Source of the DNA: Eledone cirrhosa
Taxonomy: Eukaryota
NCBI GenBank assembly: GCA_964016885.1
Contig: OZ024740.1
Span: forward strand, 361,460,001 to 361,524,000
DNA length: 64,000 bases
Reading direction: 5' to 3'
A program made the translations under genes and the position numbers. Below the pieces are notes generated by a model. That model was not told the origin of the DNA. It was given only the letters and a program-made list of their open reading frames with translations, and did not search any database. Positions 46,785 through 62,030 of the stretch are shown piece by piece; position 1 is the stretch's first letter; each line of letters opens with the position of its first letter.

Positions 46785-47093
46785 CCATGAAACGGAAAAA
46801 GAAATTTTCGTGGAAATTATTGGATTTTTTCCAAATTTAAAGGTTTCATAGGAACTTTCAATGTTTATGGTTTTACCGTCTGGAGAGCTCAGGCTATCAT
46901 AAACGTCCCTCAGTGGAATATGTATAACGGAGTTTCAAATAAACCTGAATGCACTGAATATGGCCTCCTATCTTTTACTAATTTATATGTATGTATATAT
47001 GTATATATATGTATATTGTGTTGTTCACTTTCTAATTAAATAGCTCTGTTCTATACATAGAGCACTCTTCTTTCCTTTTCCTTCGGAATTATC

Positions 47094-47138
<45 letters not shown>

Positions 47139-47720
47139 ATATATTATAATATATAAATATATAATATATATTATAATATATATGTATATATATATAATAT
47201 ATATATATATATGTATATATATATAATATATATATAAGTGTTTCTACATTTGGCACAAGGCCAGCAATTACCCAGTGTATTACTGGTACAGTATTTTATC
47301 GATCCCGAAAGGATGAAAGGCAAAGTTAATCTCGGCGGGATTTGAAACTCAGAATGGCAAGGGCCGTAACTCTATGCGTCAAAGCATGGTGTCCGACCCT
47401 CTACCGATACTGCCAATCCTCCGCCCTTATAATATATATATAATATATATATATATAATATATCATATGTAGAAGTTCTATTTAAATTGTTGGGATACAA
47501 CAAGCAAATATTTTTATAACTGATATAAAGCACTCAACAAATAATTGGAGTAAAAATACGATATTAACAAATGGAAACTATATTTATAAAACCATATTTA
47601 TTTCATTATATTTTATCCAAGGTTGACTTTGCCTTTCATCCTTACGGGGTCGATAAAATAAAGTACCAGTAATGCACTGGGTAATTTGCTGGCCTTGTGC
47701 CTAAAGTAGAAACAATTATA

Positions 47721-47779
47721 TTTTATCTGATGAAAGCACACCATAATTTAACTGTGTCCTTGAAATATGTATAATGAAA
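47721..47779 (+). ncRNA. Minimal hammerhead ribozyme
   Basis: UUUUAU-CUGAUGA-(AAGCACAC...GUGUCCUU)-GAAA-UAUGUA-UA-AUGAAA. Confidence 0.6.
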
Positions 47780-47849
47780 TAAATATGGTTTTATAAATAT
47801 AGTTTCCATTTGTTAATATCGTATATAATATATCATATTTTTTTTATGT

Positions 47850-48721
47850 GCATAATATGCCTTGAAATTTCGGGAAAATCGGCTAGACGTAACGCCTCCA
47901 AAAAGCCCTAAAAATGCGGGCCCTAGGCCATAAAAAAGTTGGATTTTCTTTGCTCACGGTATGAAGAAGAGACTGACTAATACAGTTACAATTTCAAGGA
48001 AATCGGTCTGACGTAACGCCTCAAAAACCCCCTAAAAAGCTTAAAAACGCAGTTTTTTCACCTAATGCGGGCCCTAGGAGATCAAAAAGTTGAATTTTAT
48101 GTAACCTACCCGAAAACATAAGTAATACACATGTAAAGTTTGAAAAAAAATCGGTTGGGTACTTCTCGAGTTTTAGGGATTCAAACTTACAGACACACAG
48201 ACAGACATCCTCAGGGAAGTGACGTAATGCAGACAGTCAGACATACAGACAGATATTATAAGGGCGCGACGTTTATATGTATGTATCTATCTAAAAAGAG
48301 AAAAACTAAGAATTATAGAGAGAGATCGCTAAATCGCCTAATGCAGTCCCTAAGGCATTGACATTTTTTTTTTGCTCAGAACACTCCCTGAAAAAAAAAA
48401 GTATTACATGTGTAAAGTTTGAAAACAGTCGGTTGGGTGCTTCTCTAGTTTTGGGGATTCAAACTCACACACACAGACATCCTCAGTTTTATATATATAG
48501 ATTATATATATATATATTATATATTTTTTTGATGCCCTGAGGTGAAAACCTACATTTTTCCTGCTTCATCGAGGAAAATCTTAAAGATTATCCAGCCATC
48601 AGAGTATTCGGTTTATTTTCTTTACATATTGTCCAGGCATGCAGTTTTTTCCACGATTAGGTCTGTTGGCGGCCCGCCTTCCAAAATACCTTATCCCGTG
48701 CAACGCCGGGTACCACTGCTA

Positions 48722-48722
<1 letters not shown>
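47850..48722. mobile_element. Helitron fragments: minus-strand 5' end near 48500 and plus-strand 3' end (hairpin+CTAG) at 48722
   Basis: Minus TCTATATATATAAAACTGAGGATGTCTGT and plus cccgtgcaacgccggg...CTAG|T. Confidence 0.6.
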
Positions 48723-48809
<87 letters not shown>

Positions 48810-48959
48810 AGGTACGTATTTGCACTTTGATTTATACTTTTAATTATTGTGTGTCTACTTTGCCTTCCATGGGCTATAGATCCCATACACTGGTGGTTTT
48901 TCCTTGTTTGACTGATGGCGCATTATCTCCCTCGCTGGTGTGTTATCTTTTTTACATAT

Positions 48960-50207
48960 TGTATTATATAATATATATATATATATATATATAATATATA
49001 TGTATATATAATATATCATATATAATATATATTATATATATATAATATATATATATTATATATGTATATATAATATATCATATATAATATATATATATAT
49101 TATATATATATAATATATATGTATATATAATATATCATATATAATATATATATATTATATATATATAATATATATGTATATATAATATCTAATATCTAAT
49201 ATATATATATTATATATATATAATATATATGTATATATAATATCTAATATATAATATATATATATTATATATATATAACATATATGTATATATAATATAT
49301 CATATATAATATATATATATTATATATATATAATATATATGTATATATAATATCTAATATATAATATATATATATTATATATATATAAAATATATGTATA
49401 TATAATATCTAATATATAATATATATATATTATATATATATAATATATATGTATATATAATATATCATATATAATATATATATATTATATATATATAATA
49501 TATATATATTATATTATAAAATATATATGTATATATAATATATCATATATAATATATATATATTATATATATATAATATATATGTATATATAATATATCA
49601 TATATATATATTATATATATATAATATATATGTATATATAATATATCATATATAATATATATATATTATATATATATAATATATATGTATATATAATATA
49701 TCATATATAATATATATATATTATATATATATAATATATATGTATATATAATATATCATATATAATATATATATATTATATATATATAATATATATGTAT
49801 ATATAATATATCATATATAATATATATATATTATATATATATAATATATATGTATATATAATATATCATATATATATATATTTATATATAATATATATGT
49901 ATATATAATATATCATATATATATATATTTATATATAATATATATGTATATATAATATATCATATATATATATATTTATATATAATATATATATACGTAT
50001 ATATATATATATATATATATAATTATATATATACGTATATATATATATTTATATATATATATATACGTATATATATATATATCATATATATAATATATAT
50101 ATACGTATATATATATATATCATATATACGTATATATATATATCATATATATATATATATACGTATATATATATATCATATATACGTATATATATATATC
50201 ATATATA

Positions 50208-50245
<38 letters not shown>

Positions 50246-50334
50246 TATATATATATATTATATATATATATATAATATATATATATATCATATATATATA
50301 ATATATATATCATATATATATATAATATATATAT

Positions 50335-50369
<35 letters not shown>

Positions 50370-50420
50370 TATATATATAATATATATAATATATATATCA
50401 TATATATATATAATATATAT

Positions 50421-50456
<36 letters not shown>

Positions 50457-50770
50457 TATATATATATATATAATATATATAATATATATATCATATATAT
50501 ATAATATTATATATATATATTATATATATATATATATATATAATATATATATATATATCATATATATATATATTATATATATATATATATATATAATATA
50601 TATATATATATTATATATATATATATATATAATATATATATATATCATATATATATAATATATATATCATATATATATATAATATATATATCATATATAT
50701 ATATATATATATATAATATATATATATATATAATATATATAATATATATATCATATATATATATTATATA

Positions 50771-50808
<38 letters not shown>

Positions 50809-50935
50809 TATATATATCATATATATATATATTATATATATATATATATATATAATATATATATATAATATATATATATATATATAATATATCATATATA
50901 TTATATATATAATATATATATATATATCATATATA

Positions 50936-51022
<87 letters not shown>

Positions 51023-51048
51023 ATATATCATATATATATATATAATAT

Positions 51049-51082
<34 letters not shown>

Positions 51083-51108
51083 ATATATCATATATATATA
51101 TATAATAT

Positions 51109-51142
<34 letters not shown>

Positions 51143-51181
51143 ATATATCATATATATATATATAATATATATATATATAAT

Positions 51182-51216
<35 letters not shown>

Positions 51217-51385
51217 ATATATCATATATATATATATAATATATATATATATATATAATATATATATATATAAATATATAATATATATATATATAATATA
51301 TCATATATATATTAATATATATATATATAATATATCATATATATATATATAATATATATAATATAATATATATATATATATATAT

Positions 51386-51433
<48 letters not shown>

Positions 51434-51439
51434 TATATA

Positions 51440-51478
<39 letters not shown>

Positions 51479-51529
51479 TAATATATATAATATATATATA
51501 TATAATATATATATATATATATAATATAT

Positions 51530-51582
<53 letters not shown>

Positions 51583-51648
51583 TATATAATATATATAATA
51601 TATATATATATATATAATATATATATATATAATATATATATATAATAT

Positions 51649-51680
<32 letters not shown>

Positions 51681-51685
51681 AATAT

Positions 51686-51717
<32 letters not shown>

Positions 51718-51734
51718 ATATATATATATATCTA

Positions 51735-51765
<31 letters not shown>

Positions 51766-51843
51766 ATCTATATATATATATTATATATAATATATATATA
51801 TAAATATCTAATATATAATATATATATATAATATATATATATA

Positions 51844-51896
<53 letters not shown>

Positions 51897-51950
51897 ATAT
51901 ATATATAATATATATATATAATATATATATATATAATATAATATATATAT

Positions 51951-52003
<53 letters not shown>

Positions 52004-52007
52004 ATAT

Positions 52008-52103
<96 letters not shown>

Positions 52104-52105
52104 AT
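48960..52105. repeat. ~3-kb (TA)-derived low-complexity/satellite block
   Basis: Almost pure A/T with higher-order units, ending at the assembly gap. Confidence 0.95.
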
Positions 52106-52305
52106 NNNNNNNNNNNNNNNNNNNNNNNNNNNNNNNNNNNNNNNNNNNNNNNNNNNNNNNNNNNNNNNNNNNNNNNNNNNNNNNNNNNNNNNNNNNNNNN
52201 NNNNNNNNNNNNNNNNNNNNNNNNNNNNNNNNNNNNNNNNNNNNNNNNNNNNNNNNNNNNNNNNNNNNNNNNNNNNNNNNNNNNNNNNNNNNNNNNNNNN
52301 NNNNN
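52106..52305. other. Assembly gap (200 N)
   Basis: Run of N. Confidence 1.
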
Positions 52306-52693
52306 ACACACACACACATGTATATATATATATATATATGATGATGATGGCTGCAAACTAGTGTTCGAACATTGCCATCGCCCGATAAAATGCTAAAAAA
52401 TGTGAGGCACGAATGTGCCTCTTTAAACCAACCAAAGACTTGCACCCTGTCACATACATGGCAACTTTTGGGACTTTCCATTGCTTTGTTCTGGCTGTGT
52501 TTCTCATGTGTCTTTTAAGACCTCCCATGCTTGCACATTCCTTGCCATATTCCTTACACCTTTTCATAATCTACATGAGGTCTATTGATATGACTTTGTT
52601 CGTATCTAATCAAACTAGTTTTGCTCAGGCAAAACTCGACCACAGTGTTGGCAAACCAAGGGATGCTCAAGAGCAGGCAGTTCAGAACAGTCT

Positions 52694-52764
<71 letters not shown>

Positions 52765-53029
52765 TTCATACATATATATAAATCTGCCAGCCAAACAACA
52801 ACTCTTCTCCGATTACTCTTTAAATACCTATACACGGGCCCTCTTTTGAGAATGGATTTTAAATCGGAAAATATTTGAGATCCATAAAATTGCTAAGGTA
52901 ATAATCTACCGCTCTCACTCTTTCCCCAGTCCTTTATTCTCTATAACTCCTACTATCTTAGCACTTTTAATCTTGCACACACTTGGGATTCCAAATATTT
53001 AAACTTATTTAAATTTGTATTTCTTATTC

Positions 53030-54700
53030 CATATTCCACAATTCTTCAAGCAAACTACAACACTTCGATTGAGCACTCTTCAGACTTTTAACCAATATGC
53101 AGAAACATCTTAATATTTCTAAGAAAAATATACCCCTACCTAGCAGGAAGACATATTTAAAACTTCTTATACAAAAAACGGATTCGTTCCTTAAAAGAAT
53201 GCTTTGGCGCACCTATTTCGACAACCAGGATAAAGCGGACAGAAACCAGGATCAGTTTGGTTTTAAAACCTAGCTTTGTTACCTTTCAAAAACGACGTAC
53301 TGGAACTCATACGGAGAATCAAATTTCGAAACAGAAGCAATTCCTTCCAACAAGACTTGAAGAATAGAATTCGACTGATAAAGGATTCTAATACCACGCA
53401 TGTCCACTCCAATAAAACTGGTAATCTATACCAAGTAGAGAGAAATTTCCATCAACTGTTACATAACGATGTGACAAGGATTACCGAAAAACCATTCTGA
53501 GTGTTATTAACGACATCAACGATGCTGGTTTAAAAATCACTTCGGAACTTAACATCTAGGACCGGACTGAACTTCTGGACCCATTTTCTCCCCATTTTAC
53601 TCCGAAGGATCATAAACCCAATTTCGCTAACAACCCATCTATTCGGCTTATTAAGCCTACTAAGTCTGATTTAGGTAGACTTAATAAAAGAATTTTAGAT
53701 AGAATTATACCAAAAATTGGTATGGCCCCTCTAGCCATGTGGAATAATTCTTTCGCAGTTCAATGGCATATGCAACAAGGAACATTGCCGTTTTATCCAA
53801 TTTGACACCAACAACTACTAATCTTCCATTACTTTACCACTTCTTAGAGCTATTAATTTCGCCCAAACTCTCACGGTGGTTAAGGATTTCGAAGTTGATG
53901 TCATCTTAAATGCTCTTTAGTCTGATAAATTTCGACGACTCTATTTGGCTTAAAAAATCTAATAGTATCCCATTTGACGTGAGTATGGGTACCCACGATT
54001 CGGTGAAGATCACAGACCTCATTGGCCTATTCTTACTATTTTCAATCGAGGAGGAATTTCCCAATGCAAGCGGAGGCACGTACCACGCTATCAACCTTCT
54101 CATTCAAGTTGACGCCAATCTTTCAGTCGTGAACTTCCTCGATGTAACACTCAACTTGTCGAATGGCTTGTACTTCCCATATAAAAAGTCTAATGATACG
54201 CTAACTTACATTAATAGGCATTCTAACCGTCCAGCCAGCATAACCAAGAACCCGGTGAAAAACGTTTCTTTGAGGCTTTTCCGTCTATCTACTAACGAGC
54301 ATATCTTCATCGATCACTCCACATATTACAATGAAGTCCTATCTCGGAGCGGATTTGTTGATAAGGTAGAATATACTAAGTAAGAGTATAAACCTAGGAA
54401 AAATAGATCCCGACGTATTATATGGTATAACCCATCATATAATATGGAGGTGCCCACACCAATAGTAAAAATCGTTCTCTCTTTAATTAAGAAGCATTTC
54501 CCCTTAGCACACAAATATAATAAGATATTTAATAGAAACTCCGTTAAAATATCTTACTCAACAACTCCAAACTTCGCACATATGACTGCATCTAATTTAG
54601 CCAAATTACTAGCCGTAGTAACACAAAAAATCCAGTAGTTAGTCCTAGCTGTAATTGTAGGAATCGGGAAGGCTGCTGCCCTCTATCTGGGAAATAGTCT
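53030..54700 (+). mobile_element. Degenerate Penelope-like element reverse transcriptase
   Basis: RLIKPTKSDLGRLNK, FDVSMGTHDS, VNFLDVTLNL...YINRHSN, IIWYNP, KHFP...KIFNRNSVKISYS, with many stops and frameshifts. Confidence 0.8.
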
Positions 54701-55109
54701 ATATTTATTTATCAGACTATATTTATCAGTAATATAGTCTATATTTATTTGTATATGTATCTACACCTTATCCGTATGTTTACGTATGTGTGTATATATG
54801 TATACGTATGTATATATGTATGTATGTAGGTGTGTATTTATATATATGTGTGTGTGCGCATGTGTGTGTTTGTGTGCATGGGTATATGTACATATATATA
54901 TATATATACATGGAATTCACTCTCCAGAGCCAAATCATATGAAAAATAATAACCAACTTTGTACTATATAGGGTCACTATATTCTTTTTGCACAACCCAA
55001 TTATTGAATTGCCATGCAGAAAAAAACTCCAAATTGCACCCACGGGAAATTTCCCCGAACTGTCCATCTCACACCATTAACAATTGCATTCATCTCTAGA
55101 TTATATCTA

Positions 55110-55910
55110 TGATTGGGTGATCCGAACCTGCTCGACTCGGACGAGGTTTTGGTGGCTGTCTCCCACCTCAGGCACTCGTGGAGAGTCATCACCAGGATCC
55201 CCCAAAGCTGCCCGCACTCCCGTGGCCGAAGTACTATCGAAGTCAATCGGTTGAGCGCTTGACTCTGGTGACCCGCATGAATGGACCAAACTATTCAGTT
55301 TTGCGACCCTATACTCGGGATACCGAAGGTAGGGAACCTGACGGCGAGAGAGAGATCGAGCCTCTTCCTGACTTCGGGGCTCAAAGGCAATATCGCTTCT
55401 TTCTGTGACCCTTCGCCAGCGAGCTTCTCGCCCCTCTCGTGCTGCCCACTAGTGCCGACACAGCGCTCGCATTCCACTTTCGACAGCACGAAACGTCTCC
55501 GGGACAGGGCAACCTCAAACGAATTGAGGGTGACGTTTCGGCGGCGGTATGAGTGGTGGCCTCGAGCGAAACTGTACTCCGGCCCACACCGGATGTCTTA
55601 CCAGCGCTTCGCCACAAACATCCGGACCTCCCCAGCTGACATCAGGCCACAAACGCCGGTAGTGCGGCCTGCAATGCAGAGGGCAATGCAGAGGAAAGGA
55701 CGACAAACACATATCGGGATTGTCCTGCCGTTTCCTGTTCGCACCGGTCGCCGTCGAGATTTGGACCCGCACTACCGAGCTCCTCCGGAAGATCAGAACA
55801 TCAGCAGCCCATCTGTGGAAGGACCCCGCGAGGTGGGGTGGCTGTTGCAGAGGTGTCGCTGGCCATTGTCCGCGGGAATGCTCTTGCGGTCTTGTGGCCC
55901 TAGAACTATT
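55110..55910 (+). mobile_element. Degenerate CRE-clade non-LTR retrotransposon fragment
   Basis: GC-rich island with RFLFAPVAVE...ELLRKI. Shares aactattcagttttgcgac with 62467. Confidence 0.6.
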
Positions 55911-55949
55911 TCCGTTTTTAATTAATTAATAAAGAAACATGTGAGCAAG

Positions 55950-56595
55950 TCCTACATATTCTACTAGTTATTGGGAGAGCTATCTACATATTCTACCAGT
56001 TATTGGGAGAGCTATCTACATATTCTACTAGTTATTGAGAGAGCTATCTACATATTCTACTAGTTATTGGGAGAGCTATCTACATATTCTACTAGTTATT
56101 GGGAGAGCAAATCCTACATATTCTACCAGTTATTGGGAGAGCTATCTACATATTCTACTAGTTATTGGGAGAGCTATCTACATATTCTACTAGTTATTGG
56201 GAGAGCTATCTACATATTCTACTAGTTATTGGGAGAGCTATCTACATATTCTACCAGTTATTGGGAGAGCTATCTACATATTCTACCAGTTATTGGGAGA
56301 GCAAGTCCTACATATTCTACTAGTTATTGGAGAGCTATCTACATATTCTACCAGTTATTGGGAGAGCTATCTACATATTCTACTAGTTATTGGGAGAGCT
56401 ATCTACATATTCTACCAGTTATTGGGAGAGCTATCTACATATTCTACCAGTTATTGGGAGAGCTATCTACATATTCTACCAGTTATTGGGAGAGCTATCT
56501 ACATATTCTACCAGATATTGGGAGAGCTATCTACATATTCTACCAGTTATTGGGAGAGCTATCTACATATTCTACTAGTTATTGGGAGAGCTATC
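55950..56595. repeat. 32-bp minisatellite (gggagagctatctacatattctacyagttatt), about 20 copies
   Basis: Head-to-tail units with no spacers. Confidence 0.95.
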
Positions 56596-56658
56596 TTCTA
56601 CACTTGCGTGTAGGAGAGAAGAAGGGGAGGAGTGAAAAGTCGTTGTTAAGAAACACAG

Positions 56659-56782
<124 letters not shown>

Positions 56783-57077
56783 GAAGAGATGGATCATTTA
56801 TGACGTCAGAATGAAAGTGATGACGCCATAACAAATTGACCTATTTCAATCTTTCATTAGAAAGCGTCTTCTCTGAAGTTCACAAGGGTGTTATCCATTT
56901 GTGAAATTCATCGATTTATATAAAACAGTAGTATTGAAATTGTTTTTAATCTTCACCGAGAAGGTCAATCTAAACATTATTTGAACAATTTATGAAGGTG
57001 CATACATGATTAACCAATATTTTTACCGAGAGCGTAGCGACGGGGTTTTACTAGTAATTATAATAATTACATAATTA

Positions 57078-57370
57078 CTAGCTGAGGTACGCAGCTTCGC
57101 CTTGGTAAACAGATAAGAGAAGACCGGTAGAAGAGAAGACGACTGTATTGGATGTGTTGTTTGGTTTACAGTATGAGACGAGAACGTGGTTTGTGTGTGA
57201 CAAAACAAAATCTGTCAAAAATCTTCCAGATACACCTACACCAGATTCTTCGTTTCCAATATAACTGTCCATGAGTAAAAACTGATTCTCTCATATTCAA
57301 TCCTGCAAGATTTTGACCTTGAGCTTTACTTATGGTCGCAGCAAAACTGGCTCTAACGGCAACTCGGTAG
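57078..57370 (-). mobile_element. Helitron 3' remnant with Pif1 helicase C-terminus
   Basis: SFAATISKAQGQN...VFTHGQLY in ORF 57166-57492, ending in a hairpin and CTAG|T at 57078. Confidence 0.7.
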
Positions 57371-57574
57371 AGAAAGAGATGAGATGAATCTTGGGAATAA
57401 ATACATTTTCTCCTTGATGGTTGTCTCCAAGAATATTGACCTCTAGGAGATGATCCATTATCCGCCTGACTGTTAAGCGTGTGCCATTGCATAGACGTGG
57501 CTTGTCCAGGTCTCTCAGAAGGAGGATGGGAGTTCTAATCTTTTATATTATATATAGATATAAATAATTTTATT

Positions 57575-57802
57575 ATGTCCAAGTATAAGCCGCTTGTGGA
57601 TAAGTTTGTGGTAGAGCCTGTAGCAGTTGAGACTTCCGGCGTTCTTGGCCGCCGGATCACATCTGTACTCACGGCAATCGGAGCGGAGTTGGCCACCCGC
57701 AGGTGCGAGTCCCGCGAGGTGGAGTGGCTGTTTAAGCATGTCTCTCTCGCTGTTCTCCAGGACAATACATTCTCCATCCTGTCGGCCGGGACCCAGAGGT
57801 AG
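57575..57802 (+). mobile_element. CRE-clade LINE restriction-like endonuclease C-terminus; related pieces at 58540-58810 and 59490-60110
   Basis: KYKPL...EPVAVETSGVLG...REVEWLFKHVSLAVLQDN; DSFGHHPLSCRYSAGRLPRHAVLNEVIK. Confidence 0.75.
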
Positions 57803-58007
57803 AGGGTAAGTTAGTTGATAGGAGGATACTCGCTCGGACGTCACTTGTATTGAGTGCCGTTTTGAATTCATTCATTTCATCTAATAAACTATTTGTTTAC
57901 TAAAAAAACCACACAATAATACCCGGTGGTTCTGAAGGTTATATTTATTCAAAACACGCAAAAACCATAGGTAAAACAAATTTCCCCTTCAAAGATAATT
58001 ATATGTG

Positions 58008-58109
<102 letters not shown>

Positions 58110-61100
58110 CCAGCGTTCGATTCCACGGAGACGTTGGCCGCGAATCACGATCATCGCCGACAAGGCAGAGAGAATCCCTTATGGTTGTCTCGCAGGATGC
58201 TAGAAATAGCAGTCTTCTTTGATGTTATAAAATTAGTATCAATAAACCTTCCTGGATATACCCTTATTCCATTGCTGCACTTACTTTTCGATTGTCGGTT
58301 TTCATTTTTGTGTGATGCGCGAAGGAACCAACCAACATCTCTCTCTTATATTATGCATAGATAATTACATCATCTCACACAGAAAATCTTAAATAATTCT
58401 CCTTTCAAGGAAGCTGTAAATAACAATACATCTAGATTTGAAATGACGTTTAAGATTTAACACAACAAAATAAGAGCGACTAGTTATATTTATGATTTAG
58501 AAGCCATGGCTATATGGTAGAAATCACGCAGCTTGTTAATGATAGCCTGCGCCTCGAGGTTCCCACTACAGACTCTTTCGGCCACCACCCGCTGTCCTGT
58601 CGCTACAGTGCCGGCCGCCTTCCACGCCATGCCGTTCTCAACGAGGTAATAAAGCATGATTTGGATACTGCAGGCTTCTCCTCCCAGTACTTGGATACTG
58701 CAAACTTCTCCCAGCTCGAGCCGGCGGAATGGACCGAGGCGACGGCAGAAGGTCAGATGGCATGACCATCTTCCCGTTGCGCGGTGGCAATCCGCTCATC
58801 TCGGATGCCACATGCTTTAAATCATAGTTTAGAAACCGGAACATTTTTCTCTGAAAGTTCCTTATACTCTGAAGAAGGGAATTTTAGGTCCCGAAATATT
58901 AGGACAGAAGAAAGAACAGCAATAACAAAACAAAAAAGGTATCTTATTTTTTCGTTACCTTCATCTTACAGTCCATTTTGCATTGTTTAGCCTTATAGCT
59001 TTTTCCATATATATCATATGCTTCAAGCAATCTACAACATTTTATTATCACTATAGTTTACTTTCAAAAGAGCTGTGGACAACTGGTATTCACAGCCACC
59101 TTAGATTACATCTATATTAATCTTGTGTGCCTCTCTATGCTTGTAGTGGGTGGCTGCACGTGGATGAGTATGAGGGTGTCCGAAGATGGGTGTACGGGGA
59201 TTAGTGTGTGGGAAAACATACTCCTTATAGAGTGATAAATCCCGAACTAATACAATATCTCATGTCAATGTACTGAGAATGTTTCATCGTTGATACCTTA
59301 ACACTTCTGGGACCGATATCTCTTTTAATAGACACGCCGAAAAGGGCCACGCCTTTCTTGAACTAATGATTCTGTAGCGGTCCCACCTATTCATAAATTT
59401 GAAGGATTGTCAAATCACTTTCCTATCATGCCCCACTTTTGAAAACATCCCCAATACAAAGCAACTAACACAGTAGGACTAGCAGCTTGAACAGCAATAT
59501 CTGGCATGTTTTCGGGTCGGTCTCCCACCCCAGTGCTATCTGGCCTAACGAAATACCCTCGCTATCAACCGGTACTCAGCTGGTCAGCGACTGTATGCGC
59601 ATCTGTCTCCAAGAGGCTCGGAATCCGGATCTGCGAGCTAGACAAATGCCGCTGTGGATCCACTGTAGATCCATTGTGGACTCTTTCGGCTTTCACCCAC
59701 TATCATGCCGCTACAGCGCCGGATGTCTCCCACACCATCTCGTTCTTAACAAGGTCATAAAACATGGCTTGGACACTTCCAATTCCAGCTTGAGTCGGTG
59801 GAGTTGGACAAAGGGGAAGCCAAACGGCCTGACGGTATCATGATCTTCGCGTTTAGCGGTGGTTAGCTCCTCACCCGGGACGCAACCTTCTCCAGTGACA
59901 ACATGTCAAGTTAAAGATTCCAAGCTGTCGAAGTATCAGTCACTTGACAGGTTTGTCTTCGAACATGTAGTAGTGGAGACTTGCGACATTATTAGTTCCA
60001 GGACAACCACAACTGTCGTGGTGGAGTTGGCTATTCCAACGCGGCTCCCTCACCATCCTCCGGGACATCGTTTTCTCCATTCTGTCTACTGGGACTACAA
60101 GGCGGCCGGCATTTGGCCTCTCACACGCCCGAGAATTCTCCCCACATTGTCTAAGCCCATATTATTTGGGTAGTGATGTTTGAGCAACTTTTGGGACTTA
60201 AGGCAGTCTTATTACAACAGCCGTTACTTCCCACTTTCATATTGAAACTAAGATTCAAGTTCCAGCAAGAAACCATAGAATCTTGGCGAAATAAGGGGAT
60301 CTTTATAAAACTTCATAAAATACATATATCTACTATAAAAGAGGTAGTAAAAATAAGACATCTCATGATAAGACTGTGAGAGTCTGAACGTTGATTAAAT
60401 TATGGCTATAGGCGCGTTGTTCCAAACGGACTGTAGAGGCTTTATTAGACAATACCAAAAGGTTCTCTCTCACCTTTCCCATCTTTAAAGAAAAAAAATG
60501 TAAATAATGAACAGGAGAGGTGACAGTACGCACCCTTGGCGGAGTCCGACTCCCACTTTGAATGGTTTCAGTTTAGCACCATTTATCTGAACACAAATAC
60601 TCGGGCATTCGTATAGAGACACCAGGGCAGCAAGAAGCTGACCTTATATAGAATAGCGATATATTTCTGTATGATAAAAAGATAAATGCTAGGAAATCGC
60701 CATTTCTTAGCGACGCTGAGATGAGAATTTAAAAAAAGTTGCATTAGTGTTGGAAGACAGAGCGAAGATAAGTGAAATTTTCAATTTCCTGATTTCTTTC
60801 GATGTTCATATATATATGTATTGATATCTATGATTATATATATAGCTGCATATATGTTGTGTACGTGTGGGAGTGTGCGTGTATATATACGCAACGTAAC
60901 CTTATATAGAATAGCGATATTTCTGTATGATAAAAAGATATATGCTAGGAAATCGCCATTTTCTAGCGACGCTGCCTTGCGAATTAAAAAAAAATCAAAC
61001 GCGCCCATCCCACCTCCACCACCTTCCGGTATAAATGCCTGACGCTGTACGCTAACCACCCCCTCGTGCATATAGCACCTTAAACCAAGTTATACTCAGA

Positions 61101-61559
61101 GCAGACACGGGGCGGACGGAGGCTCCGTAAGCCGTAGAGTAGGCAACCCGTCTAGGAGAGCTACCTCTCCGAATAAATTGGTGCGGGGTGGAGAAGCCCT
61201 TTTAAGTCCAGTAAGACGACTTCGCTAGTGCTAATGGCACGAATAAAAGCACCCGGTCCATGCTGTAAAATGGAGGTAATGGTAGTATCATTCAGCCATT
61301 AAAAACCATGCCAAAGTATGGGGTGGAGAGGGCCCCTGAGTCCAGTAAGACAACCGCTCTAGCGCTGGTGGCACGAATAAAAGCACCCACTCCATGCTGT
61401 AAAGTGGTGCTGGTGATAGGAAGGACATCCAACCAGTGTCTTAATGCCAAAACAAGTATGAGCACAACAAATATATATCGCAAGCTGGCCATCAATTCCA
61501 TGAAGTAATGCGCCAGCTTCAGTATTCAGTAACCAGAAGAAGGGAGGTAGGCGTAAAAA

Positions 61560-62030
61560 CCAAACTGGCTGTCTTCAATTCGGTTTTCGTGCCAACCTTT
61601 ATCGCCATGAATCTTAGGTAATGACCGAAAGAATACGATCACGAATATAAGCGGCCGAAATGGGGTTCCTCCGAAGGGTCTTTGGAGTAATGTTACCCGA
61701 TAAAGTGCGTAGCTCGGAGATCAGAGAGTCACTCCAGGAAGAGCCGCTACTTCTCCAAATTGAGAGATCACAGCTCCAATACTATGGGGATGTGGTTAGA
61801 ATGTCTCAGGAAATAATCGCTGGACAGATTTTACGGGCGAAACCAACAGGCAGGAGACCCAGGTGTAGACCCTGAGCAAGATGGTTGGATAACATCCATG
61901 AGCTTGGTTGGTCACGCTTGGAGATCCAGCCAGATCAGTTGGAGACGGTTGCTTCTGACAGGACCCGTTGGAGGGAGTGTTTGAGGACTCTGCCCCCACG
62001 ACCCTCTCAGGAATAGGTGGGCGAAGAAAA
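61560..62030 (+). mobile_element. RTE-type LINE 3' end; same family at 150-360(+), 4590-4980(+), 27675-27975(-)
   Basis: ERSQLQYYGDVVRM...GRRPR and a shared 3' UTR ending in (gaa)n. Confidence 0.85.

Noticed and set aside
52358-52567. C2H2-like peptide (GGLKRHMR / GLKRHIR) as a zinc-finger gene
   Set aside because: Degenerate, with no splice context, and ends in a (cat)n tail. More consistent with a LINE C-terminal finger remnant; a similar piece lies at ~22690-22740.
55281-55925. 214-aa GC-rich ORF as a host gene
   Set aside because: Off-frame reading of a decayed CRE-like retrotransposon.
55950-56595. 32-bp repeats resembling a CRISPR array
   Set aside because: Units are contiguous with no unique spacers, there are no cas genes, and the context is eukaryotic. 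It is a minisatellite.
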